A DNA stretch of 64,000 nt, taken from the NCBI GenBank assembly GCA_963728565.1, contig CAVSLC010000010.1:256001-320000 (forward strand), read 5' to 3'. The DNA comes from an uncultured delta proteobacterium. Lineage in GTDB: Bacteria > Desulfobacterota > Binatia > UBA9968. Position 1 is the stretch's first letter. Each line of letters starts with the position of its first letter. The position numbers and the translations under genes were made by a program. Below the pieces are notes generated by a model that was not told where the DNA came from, did not search any database, and saw only the letters and a program-made list of their open reading frames with translations. Of this stretch, positions 52,813 to 61,497 are shown piece after piece.

Positions 52813-53321
52813 CGGTCTCCTTTCAAGGTTGTTTATTTAGCCGCCAAGCACGAACTTGCTAGGCGAAAACGCGCAATCCCCCTGATGCAAAATTGTATAG
52901 CGCTGAACATTAACTACAAGACTTGGGATAGGGTTAAAGTCGAATTACTTGCGACGACCAAATCGAGGATAGGGAGACCGGTTTAATGCGTCTGCGAACG
53001 CTTTGATCATGCTGATTTATGAGGTGAAGCGCAGAAAAGTTTTGGTACCACAAAAATTACGGGTTCGATGGCATTTTTCAGGCCCGTGTTTCGCCGGGAG
53101 ATGAGCGACAGAAAAATCTGTGAATAGAACCGCAGTTTTATTTCTCTTCGTCCGTGCACATATCGGCTTCAACGAAGTATGACGTACCGCAATGTACGCA
53201 ACACTAGCGCAAGTATATTCCGCCAGATATGTTGAGTTAGAACGCTTGCAATCGCCGGCCGCGAGCCGTGTAGCTAAACTCTACTCTCCCTTGGGACTTA
53301 GATTAAGAAAGAGGAGCGCGC

Positions 53322-54083
53322 ATGTTTCCTTATCGCGATGAAAACGAGACTCAACGCACAGCGATCGTAACGCTGACGCTGATTGCGCTAAATGTGTTTG
53401 CCTGGCTGTTCGTTCAAGGGGCTGGTAGCACGCTGGCGCTGGCGCGCTCGGTATGCGAGCTTGGGCTGATACCCGGAGAACTGACGGGGTCGATCGCTCC
53501 CGGTACGCAATTTCCCATGGGGGAAGGGATTGCCTGCGCTACTGATCCCGGCCGTCAGCTCTCCCATGTCTTGACGCACATGTTCTTGCATGGCTCGTGG
53601 ATGCATTTGTTGGGGAACATGTGGTTCTTGTGGCTATTCGGCAATAATGTCGAAGATTCCATGGGACGATTGCGGTTTATCGTGTTCTATCTTCTGTGCG
53701 GTTTGACGGCTGCAACCGCCCAGATTATCACCAGCCCCGACTCGGCGATTCCAATGGTTGGCGCGTCCGGAGCTATCAGCGGAGTCATGGGCGGTTACCT
53801 GCTGCTTTATCCGAGAGTGCGCGTCTATACATTGCTGGTCCTTGGTTTCTTCATTACCTCAATGGCATTGCCGGCCTGGGTGATGCTCGGTTACTGGTTT
53901 CTGATTCAGTTCGTTAGCGGCTGGGTTTCTTTCGGTGGAGAGGCAGGCGGCGTCGCTTTCTGGGCTCACGTCGGTGGATTCGTAGCCGGAATTGTGCTCG
54001 TGAAACTGTTTGCGCGCTCGGATTATGTGGCTGAGCATAAGGCCCATCACTGGCGGCCGCGCCGAGTTATGAATAGTTGGTGA
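53322..54083 (+). CDS. rhomboid-family intramembrane serine protease
   Basis: MFLHGSWMHL.GNM, GASG catalytic Ser, AHVGG catalytic His. Confidence 0.95.
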   Translation: MFPYRDENETQRTAIVTLTLIALNVFAWLFVQGAGSTLALARSVCELGLIPGELTGSIAPGTQFPMGEGIACATDPGRQLSHVLTHMFLHGSWMHLLGNMWFLWLFGNNVEDSMGRLRFIVFYLLCGLTAATAQIITSPDSAIPMVGASGAISGVMGGYLLLYPRVRVYTLLVLGFFITSMALPAWVMLGYWFLIQFVSGWVSFGGEAGGVAFWAHVGGFVAGIVLVKLFARSDYVAEHKAHHWRPRRVMNSW

Positions 54084-54199
54084 CCCGCGCAAGCCGTCCA
54101 ACGGGAGAATGGCCACCAGCCGATAGCGCTATGCAGGTCCGACGCACAACGTCTCAATGATCCATTGAGCAACACCGCAAGTCGCCGTCATCGTCGCTT

Positions 54200-55105
54200 C
54201 TACGTTGAAGCTCGAATCACCAATACTGGATTTTCCGAATGCCGCACCACCGTTTCTGTGACGCTGCCCAGCACCCAGCGCCTCACTCCAGAACGCCCGT
54301 GAGTGGACATGGCAATCAGCCCTCCCGGTACGTTTTTGGCGAAGGATATGATCTCATCCGCGGGTAACCCTTCCTTGGCCGCGAAAGATACCCTGGCGAC
54401 TCCGAGCTTCTTTACATCGGCGATCTTGGCCTCGAGATACTCGCAAGCTTCCTCTCTCATCTCGTTCAGCAAATCGTCCATCGGCAATGCATACCCCTCG
54501 ACCCCGGCATATGCAGTGGTCGGAATGTTATAGGCGCGGATCAACACGATCTCCAGATTCCTCTGCTTGGCAAGCTCAATCGCGGTCGGCAATACTCTTT
54601 CCGCCAAGTCGGATCCGTCCAACGGTACTATCAGCGACTTAAGCGTCGGCCCGTCTTCGCTTCTGGTATTTTCTGTTGCACGAATCAATAAAACCGGATT
54701 GCTGGCTTCCCGGAGAACTTTTTCGGCGACGCTGCCGAGCAGCCAGCGGTTCATGCCGGAACGACCATGGGTCGCCATCGTGATCAACGTATCTTGGTCC
54801 GCCGCGGCTTTTTCAATAATCACTTCTTCAGGCCTGCCGCTGTCCACCACCGTTTTGATCTTCGCTGCAGTTAAAGTAGCGGCGAGCGTTTGTAAGTATT
54901 TCTCACTGGCGCGAACCGCGTTGTCCACCATCGTATCAAGGTGCAGCGCCCGCTCGGCAGTCATATGACTCGCCATATTCGCGACATCGACCACCGCTAA
55001 CAGTTCAACCACAACATTCTTGTCCTGTGCCAAATATCGGGCGTACGGCAGCGCCTTTTCAGCCGCCTTTGATCCATCCAGCGGTACAAGTAGTTTGGTA
55101 AACAT
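54200..55105 (-). CDS. tandem-domain universal stress protein
   Basis: Two VPLDGS...M.THGRSG..RW.LGSV.E.V...PVL repeats; SD AAGGAG. Confidence 0.95.
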   Translation of the reverse strand: MFTKLLVPLDGSKAAEKALPYARYLAQDKNVVVELLAVVDVANMASHMTAERALHLDTMVDNAVRASEKYLQTLAATLTAAKIKTVVDSGRPEEVIIEKAAADQDTLITMATHGRSGMNRWLLGSVAEKVLREASNPVLLIRATENTRSEDGPTLKSLIVPLDGSDLAERVLPTAIELAKQRNLEIVLIRAYNIPTTAYAGVEGYALPMDDLLNEMREEACEYLEAKIADVKKLGVARVSFAAKEGLPADEIISFAKNVPGGLIAMSTHGRSGVRRWVLGSVTETVVRHSENPVLVIRAST

Positions 55106-55453
55106 GGCCTTCTCCTTGATCGTGATACGTCTCGGTTCGATCCTCAGGTACGCGGTGCGCGAGACTTGCGATCTATTTTCGACCTTCTCTTATAAGGTGT
55201 CGATTTCACTTCCTTTAATGACGTCGGGAACGTATTCATCAAGCAAATCAGCAGATCGCGGGCGCGGCAGACTGGATTTCAGGGGGTTTGAGCCGTGTTA
55301 TGCGGGACCAGGCCCGCCATTTTTTACAAGGTAATCGGCTTCGTAAGCAAAGTGGTCGATCGCGGGAAGATGGCCATACGTTTCTCGGATTCGAATGTCT
55401 CATGCGCTTCTGTCTCTCTCAAAAGGACATGACCAGAGTGGCGCGGTTCCTAG

Positions 55454-55567
55454 CTACTTGGAAGAATTGCCGTTCCGCCGGGAGCCGATCCAGGCCATGA
55501 TCAGATCGCAGATCAAGATAAAGATCACCACTGTCACGACATACAACAGTTCTGTTTCCTGTGCCAT
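55454..55567 (-). CDS. 37-aa single-TM small protein (not in ORF track)
   Basis: MAQETELLYVVTVVIFILICDLIMAWIGSRRNGNSSK; SD GAGGA; directly after sigma54-type promoter. Confidence 0.6.
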   Translation of the reverse strand: MAQETELLYVVTVVIFILICDLIMAWIGSRRNGNSSK

Positions 55568-55615
55568 AGAATCCTCGAGTGCAGAGAGCGTCTTCTCATT
55601 TTAATATAACAGTAT

Positions 55616-55631
55616 GGCAATAACTGTGCCT
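55616..55631 (-). promoter_or_regulatory. sigma54-type -24/-12 promoter
   Basis: Minus strand AGGCACAGTTATTGCC = GGCAC-N5-TTGC. Confidence 0.7.
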
Positions 55632-55887
55632 TTTTAAGCGAGGCGGTCATAACCAAGTCGCGGCTGTATGCGGGTGATTTCCTTGTCGGATTGTCGAGCT
55701 CGGATCTAGGTTCGGCGGCCCTGTCACCGAAGTGTTTCCATTGTTGCGAATAATCGGCACAGGCTTTCTTGCGTATCAAGAAATATTAAAGAGCCGGGAG
55801 CTTGGACGGCTTGGCAGCCGAACGGGACTTGGTAGTGGTTCAGTTCGAGGTTTCTTTGATCGTACCCGGGGAAAGAACGATCTTAGG

Positions 55888-55965
55888 GCTTATCCTGAAT
55901 CTCGCCGAGGGATTCGGAATCACATCAGAGTATGGTGCTGTCATCCCGAACGAAGTGAGAGATCT
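55888..55965 (+). repeat. degenerate REP-like extragenic repeat half-units
   Basis: GCTTATCCTGAATCTCGCCGAGGGA and TGTCATCCCGAACGAAGTGAGAGATCT resemble widespread GTCATCCTGAGCGAAGCGAAGGATCT-type repeats (recalled, not searched). Confidence 0.45.
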
Positions 55966-56051
55966 TTCGAAAGAACCACCCTCATAAATCGCCTGATGTG
56001 GCTGGACGGCCTTTTTGGTAGTAAGTTAAACTGTTTGCAACGGATAAGCTA

Positions 56052-56433
56052 ATGACGTCCTGGGGAAACGATCTAGTGACCGAGTTGGAGAGAATCGGCG
56101 AAGCGGAAGTGCGTACGCGGCTGGCACGCGGTGAATTCGGAATGGTTGGGAGCTCCAAATCGACAGCCGTTAAAGCATGGTTGAATTCCAAAGAATCCGA
56201 ACGCCGCGCTGCATGGGAGACTAAAGGCGTTAGCGAATTCCGAAGAGGCTTTTTCCACGGCGCGCACGGCCGCTGCGGCGGCCGCGGAGGCTATATCTCG
56301 TTCTCGTGAGGCGATGACGCTCAGCCGATTGGCCGCAGCTAACTCACGTCGGGCAAATGTTATTGCTATCGTTGCGATGGTTTGCAGCATCGTGGCTGTC
56401 ATGACTGCTATAATCATCGCGATCTCAAATTAG
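56052..56433 (+). CDS. hypothetical C-terminally anchored membrane protein (+1 frameshift near 56224)
   Basis: Removing one A in ACTAAAGGCG joins MTSWGND...AWETK to ALANSEEA...ANVIAIVAMVCSIVAVMTAIIIAISN*. Confidence 0.7.
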
Positions 56434-56585
56434 TTCCGCAAGCAGAATTTACAGGATGTTGAGGCGATAAGCCTGACACATAGCGACTCGGTGGCAAGAC
56501 ACACCACCGGTAAATAGAGTTTGGTTTATGACCGGCGTGGAGAAGTCGAAGACAAATCCAGCCGCGTCTTTGATTAGAATCAATT

Positions 56586-57473
56586 ATGACTACTCCTCTG
56601 TTTTCGTTCTTTACCAATCGCTCGCGACGAGTCGTGGAAACCGTCACCCCGGGGCGCACGTTGGCGGATGTCGTCCTCCCTCCCCAAACCCGGCGGACAT
56701 TGGAGCACGCGCTAGCTCAAGTGCGAAATCACGAACTGATCTTTGGCCGCTGGGGTTTAGGTGAGCGGCACACGGCGGGACGCGGTTTAGCTTTTAATTT
56801 TGCCGGGGCGCCTGGGACGGGAAAGACCATCTGCGCCGAGGCGATTGCGCATGAACTCGGCCTGAAGCTTCTCGTTGTCGACTACGCTCAAGCAGAGTCG
56901 ATGTGGTTCGGCGAAACGCCTAAAAACATAGTCGCGGCATTTCGCGCCGCCGCCGAGCAAAGCGCGGTGCTGTTCTTTGATGAAGCTGATGCCATTGCAA
57001 CGCGCCGCTCGGCGGGAACCATTTTGCCGCACGACCGCGAGAGCAACTTGACCATCAACGTTCTCCTTCGCGAGCTAGAAGCTTTCAATGGGATCGTGAT
57101 CTTTGCGACCAACCTAGCGGCGAATTTTGATCCGGCATTTGAGCGGCGCATCCGAACCCATGTGCTGTTTGAAATGCCGGGAGTGGAGGAGCGCGTCCGT
57201 ATTTGGGAGCTGCAAATTCACCCGAAAAAGACACCCCTCGGGGCGGATGTAGATTTCCGCCGGCTCGCCGAGCGCTACCAGATGAGCGGCGGCGACATCA
57301 AAAATGCGGTTATCAAGGCAGCGGCGGCTGCTGCGGCCGAATCCGGTCCTGACCTAGGCAAGCAAATAGGCCAGGAGCATTTTGAAAGGGCCGCCCAAGA
57401 CGTGCTTTCGGCGAAATCAGTAATGCAGCAGTCGCTTTTTCGAAGGCGGTATCGCGGCATCCGATTCCGATGA
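56586..57473 (+). CDS. stand-alone classic-clade AAA ATPase
   Basis: GAPGTGKT, pore loop SMWFGE, LFFDEAD, ATN, DPAFERR, SGGDIKNAV. Confidence 0.93.
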   Translation: MTTPLFSFFTNRSRRVVETVTPGRTLADVVLPPQTRRTLEHALAQVRNHELIFGRWGLGERHTAGRGLAFNFAGAPGTGKTICAEAIAHELGLKLLVVDYAQAESMWFGETPKNIVAAFRAAAEQSAVLFFDEADAIATRRSAGTILPHDRESNLTINVLLRELEAFNGIVIFATNLAANFDPAFERRIRTHVLFEMPGVEERVRIWELQIHPKKTPLGADVDFRRLAERYQMSGGDIKNAVIKAAAAAAAESGPDLGKQIGQEHFERAAQDVLSAKSVMQQSLFRRRYRGIRFR

Positions 57474-57589
57474 GCGAGTGGCGAAGCGTTGCGGCGCGAT
57501 GGCGCACCGCCGTTGTCGTGGCTTTAGGGCTGGCCGGCACTGCATTGATTGCGGCGCTCGCCGCCGTCGCATTGACCCTCCTGCGTTAG
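57470..57589 (+). CDS. 39-aa TM segment: coupled small protein or frameshifted C-terminal anchor of the AAA ATPase
   Basis: MSEWRSVAARWRTAVVVALGLAGTALIAALAAVALTLLR; ATGA overlap with AAA stop. Confidence 0.55.
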   Translation: MSEWRSVAARWRTAVVVALGLAGTALIAALAAVALTLLR

Positions 57590-57739
57590 ACCATCTGGGG
57601 CGCAGCCAAGCCCGCCATGATCCTCGCAGATATCAGCCGAGATCCTGCATGTAAGTATTTGGATCATTTGCGCCCGGCAACAATCTTAGGCGATAATAGT
57701 ACCCCGGCATGTTCCGAGAGCGCCGCCGGAGCACTTAGC

Positions 57740-58126
57740 ATGGCGAAAATTCTGATTGTCGACGACAACCCGGACGTACGCGAAGTACTTCGATGTCAGC
57801 TCGAAATGCTAGGTTATCTGGTGATCTCGGCCGAGAATGGTTATACGGGAATTGCAAAAGCGATTGCAGAGCAGCCGGACCTAATCTTGATGGACATCAT
57901 GATGCCGGAGATGGATGGCTGGCAGGCGAGCCGAGCTGTGCGCGGCAATCCCGAGACCAAGGACATCCCGATTCTTGCAGCCACGGCGATGTGTCGCCGT
58001 GCTGATCTCGATGCTTGTCTGGAAGCCGGTTGCAACGGTTACATCGTCAAGCCCTTCACAATGATAGAATTGAAGCGAAAGATTGGCGAGCTTATCACAC
58101 GAAACTGCAGCGATAATCATTCTTGA
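57740..58126 (+). CDS. single-domain response regulator (CheY/DivK-like)
   Basis: ILIVDD, PDLILMDIMMP.MDG, TA, KPF. Confidence 0.93.
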   Translation: MAKILIVDDNPDVREVLRCQLEMLGYLVISAENGYTGIAKAIAEQPDLILMDIMMPEMDGWQASRAVRGNPETKDIPILAATAMCRRADLDACLEAGCNGYIVKPFTMIELKRKIGELITRNCSDNHS

Positions 58127-58387
58127 TTAATCACCAGGCGTTCTGCTCAAGAACCCACGGCAAACACACCTGGCTCGAACTGCCTGTTGATCTTCGGCTT
58201 GATATCAAGCTGCCCGGCTCGGTTGACTCCAGACAAACAAAACTGCCAGTCCGGACGCTAAACAGCTTGCAAACTGGCGCCAAGCCAGGCACTGAAATGT
58301 CTACGTGCGTTCTGATTTGGCGCGCTAATTCGTAATCGCAGCTTCGGCCGTGCGCCTGAAATTATCGTTCCTACAGTGGGGTAGATA

Positions 58388-59404
58388 ATGGGACTGAACC
58401 GTCGCCTTTTACGGCAACAATTGATTGCATTGGCGGTCATCGCTTTGTCGTCGACAGTATCGCATGCTCAAGAACGGCCGACCATTCTCGCCGGACATGG
58501 AACGCTCTCTGGATCGATCCTGCCTCTCTGGGTCGGGACCGATGCAAAGTTGTTTGAGAAGCATGGTCTGCAGGTCAGGCCAATTTATCTGCCGCGCGCC
58601 GCAGGCAGGCCGGCGCTGGTGAGCGGCGACATCCAGGTGTATTTTTCCGCCGGGCCCCCAGTGGTGCAGATGCGCTTGAGCGGGGGAGACGTAGCGGTTA
58701 CCTCCTGTGTGGTTCACAAGCTCACGTCCAAGATAATGGTGCACCCGGCAATCCAGAGGATTGCCGATCTGCGGGGGAAAGTTGTGGCGGTCGCCAATCC
58801 AGGTTCCGCCAGCGATTTTGCCGCTAAATTATTTATGGCACGCCAGCGAATGAAGCCCGGGCAGGATGTTTCGATCATCTATAGCGGTTCCACCAGCGCT
58901 GCCTTTGCCGCGCTGGCCAATGGCCGAGTGCACGGCATCTTTGCGTCACCGCCCAACGATATCCAGGCTGCGGCGGCAGGTTTCAAGCCGTTGCTGGAAT
59001 TAGGCGACCTGAACATTCCCTATGCCGGGAATTGCACTACGGTGCTGCGTTCTTATGCCGCGAAACAGCCGGCTCGCATGCGCAGCTTCGTCGCCGGCAT
59101 CACCGAGGCAGTCGCCTATATCAGAAGGCGCCCGAGTGAAGCCAGGAGCATTTTACAAAAGTATACCCGGGTTTCTGATAGTGCGATCCTGCAACACACC
59201 TATGATTCTGAAGTCCAATACATGGAGCCCGTGCCGACTCCGACTGCCGAAGGGGTGAGAAGCATTCTCGACCATCTAGGAGTATCGGGGCAGCAGGCCG
59301 AGGTTTTCATCGCTGAATTTGTCGACAACCGCTTTATGAAGCAGCTCATCGATGACGGCTTGCTCAAACAAATATATCCGGACGGGGTGCCGACCAAAGA
59401 ATGA
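58388..59404 (+). CDS. ABC substrate-binding protein (NitT/TauT/SsuA-like)
   Basis: Signal peptide; LFEKHGL.V, AL.SGD, DLRGK.VAV..PGS. Confidence 0.88.
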   Translation: MGLNRRLLRQQLIALAVIALSSTVSHAQERPTILAGHGTLSGSILPLWVGTDAKLFEKHGLQVRPIYLPRAAGRPALVSGDIQVYFSAGPPVVQMRLSGGDVAVTSCVVHKLTSKIMVHPAIQRIADLRGKVVAVANPGSASDFAAKLFMARQRMKPGQDVSIIYSGSTSAAFAALANGRVHGIFASPPNDIQAAAAGFKPLLELGDLNIPYAGNCTTVLRSYAAKQPARMRSFVAGITEAVAYIRRRPSEARSILQKYTRVSDSAILQHTYDSEVQYMEPVPTPTAEGVRSILDHLGVSGQQAEVFIAEFVDNRFMKQLIDDGLLKQIYPDGVPTKE

Positions 59405-59448
59405 CCGTGCGCGCGGGACGAAATTCGGAAGGTTTTGGCAGCGCGACG

Positions 59449-60150
59449 TTAGTTGAGCTGAGACTTCCATCCTGAGAAGCTCAGCATCTTGCCGGTGATC
59501 CCGCTTGCTTCATCCGAGGCTAAATGAACAAAAACATCGGTTACAGATTCCGGGCGACTGCCGCTATAGCCGGTCAATTTGGTTGCGACGTAACCTGGTT
59601 CTACGGAGTTGACGCGGATGTTTGAAGCGCGGACTTCCGCGGCCAGGGTCTGAGTGAATCCTTCCAGTCCCCATTTTGAAGTGGCATAGGCGATAAAGTT
59701 GGGGTAGGCGCCGCGCCCCACCATCGATGAAACGTTGATGATCGAGCCGCTTTTTTGCTTGACCATGACGGGCAACACCGACTGAGTAACGAGAAACGGT
59801 CCGCGCAAATTTACTGCAATCGTATAATCCCACTTCTTCACTTCGAGCTGAGTGATTGGAACCGGCCGGGTCATCACTCCCGCGTTGTTCACCAACACGT
59901 CGATACGTCCAAAGTCTTTTATAACATCGCCGACAAAGTCTTTAACAGAATCTTCGACGGAGACATCGCAGGACCAACCTTTGGCCTCTGCTTTCAACTT
60001 TTGAATGTCTTGAACCGTCTCATCGATCTCCGATGTCGTGCGCGCGCAAATCGCCAGCCTGGCGCCCTCGCGCGCGTAAGCCAAGGCGACCGCTTTACCG
60101 ATTCCTCTTGCTCCGCCGGTGACCAGCGCGACTTTGTCTTTTAGCTTCAT
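59449..60150 (-). CDS. short-chain dehydrogenase/reductase
   Basis: TGGARGIG, NNAG, NVSS, YATSK, VNSV.PG. Confidence 0.95.
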   Translation of the reverse strand: MKLKDKVALVTGGARGIGKAVALAYAREGARLAICARTTSEIDETVQDIQKLKAEAKGWSCDVSVEDSVKDFVGDVIKDFGRIDVLVNNAGVMTRPVPITQLEVKKWDYTIAVNLRGPFLVTQSVLPVMVKQKSGSIINVSSMVGRGAYPNFIAYATSKWGLEGFTQTLAAEVRASNIRVNSVEPGYVATKLTGYSGSRPESVTDVFVHLASDEASGITGKMLSFSGWKSQLN

Positions 60151-60368
60151 TGAGGTGTCCCTGGTTAGATGTAATCAGTCTTATGTCTACTGAATTGGTT
60201 TGCCAAAGCAAGATGACTTGATTGCGCAGTTTGATCGGACAGCTAACAGGGGGCCATTGGATGATCGGCGTAACCGACGAGCAATGGCCGGATAAAGCGC
60301 CCTGATCTGACAGCTTGAGCGTTGCCGCATCTGGCGATACAAGAGAGAAGAACTGGGAGGGAAACACA

Positions 60369-61247
60369 ATGGATGTGCTCAGTACGACCGGATACCAACG
60401 CAGGCCGCCTCATTTGGTCGCCGAGTACAAGGGCTTTTTCGCCAGTGAAGGGCTCGAAGTTCGCTTTCACGAAACGACCTATGCTCCGGATCATAACCGT
60501 GGCATGGCCGAGGGACGTTGGGATTTCACGCTCAGCAGCGCGGATACGATGATTGCGCGCACAACCACCGATGGAGTTGATTATGTTCTTTTCATGCAAG
60601 CGGAAGAGGGATTGAGCGCGTACCTGATTGGCCAGCCGGAGATTTCGTCGATCGCGCAGCTGCGCGGAGAACTGCTTGCCGGCGATCCCGGCGATTCGAA
60701 CCTCGATCTCATTCGCAAGAAGATTCTGCGTCGTCATGGGATGGACGATGATCAATATGAAATTGAAATCATCGGCAGCTCGCCCAAACGGCTGGAGGCT
60801 TTCTTAAACGGCAGAGTCGCTGCCGCGATGTTGACGCCGCCGGCTTGCGACAAAGCGTTGGCAGCGGGCGGGGTGCTGCTCGCCAACGCCGAAGACTATG
60901 TCCCCGGTTGGCCGCTGACGTGCGGCTGGACATTGCGGCGCTGGCTACTTGAACATCGCGATCTGACGGTGCGCTTCATTCGCGCGTGGGCGGCGGCAAC
61001 AGACTGGTTGCTGACGCCCCAAAATCGGACGGAAACTCTGGAACTGATCATGGCCAACGAAGGGCTCAACCGAGATTCCGCAGAGCAGGCTTATCGCAAG
61101 GTCGTGCCGCACGCGCGGATAAATCCGGCCGCGATCAACACGGTTATCGAGCTAAGAAAGGAAATGGGTGTGTACAAACCACCCTACGATCCACCGGAAA
61201 GATTTTTCGATTCAAGCTATTGGCGTGAAGCGATGAAAGCGACGTGA
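60369..61247 (+). CDS. SsuA/THI5-fold substrate-binding-like protein without signal peptide
   Basis: SD GGAGG before ATG 60369; KGFF..EGLEV, I..L.G, RLEAFL.G.V.AAML.PP; no hydrophobic N-terminus. Confidence 0.85.
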   Translation: MDVLSTTGYQRRPPHLVAEYKGFFASEGLEVRFHETTYAPDHNRGMAEGRWDFTLSSADTMIARTTTDGVDYVLFMQAEEGLSAYLIGQPEISSIAQLRGELLAGDPGDSNLDLIRKKILRRHGMDDDQYEIEIIGSSPKRLEAFLNGRVAAAMLTPPACDKALAAGGVLLANAEDYVPGWPLTCGWTLRRWLLEHRDLTVRFIRAWAAATDWLLTPQNRTETLELIMANEGLNRDSAEQAYRKVVPHARINPAAINTVIELRKEMGVYKPPYDPPERFFDSSYWREAMKAT

Positions 61248-61394
61248 TTGAAAACGTGCTCGTGTTGGAAGAAGAGACGTGCTTGCTTTGTGTTACCCAA
61301 AATTAAGCTTCTCCGTCTCGGGTCTTACTTGGCTTCACTTTAATCGTTGGCTTCTGCCACGAACACGATCCCACGAACACCAGTATTATGCCGC

Positions 61395-61422
61395 TTGCCA
61401 TGCCCCGGTCACAATGTAAAAT
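61395..61422 (+). promoter_or_regulatory. putative sigma70 promoter of aldolase gene
   Basis: TTGCCA-16-TAAAAT; SD AAGGAGG before ATG 61498. Confidence 0.45.
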
Positions 61423-61497
61423 GGAGTCCAAATTGAGAATGGTTCATTTAAGAGTTACACGAACTTCTAAGCTCTAGTCAAAGGAGGCACATCGATC

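Noticed and set aside
52846-52860. AAGCACGAACTTGCT as a sigma54 promoter
   Set aside because: Lacks the -24 GG and the spacing is short by one.
55131-55150. GGTTCGATCC resembling a tRNA T-loop
   Set aside because: The T-stem is mismatched and no D-arm, anticodon arm or acceptor stem can be formed.
55144-55239. 31-aa basic ORF (minus strand) upstream of the USP gene
   Set aside because: No SD and no recognisable features; cannot be supported from sequence alone.
55732-56052. ORFs 55732..56052 and 55802..55987
   Set aside because: They read through REP-like DNA (CHPERSERS / VIPNEVRDLS), have no good SD and look spurious.
56586-57473. Contractile injection system or defence-island call based on the AAA ATPase
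   Set aside because: No sheath, tube or baseplate genes and no adjacent protease, nuclease or effector in the window.
58268-58282. TGGCGCCAGTTTGCA (minus strand) as a sigma54 promoter
   Set aside because: GG-to-GC spacing is 9 rather than the strictly required 10, and no convincing downstream gene.
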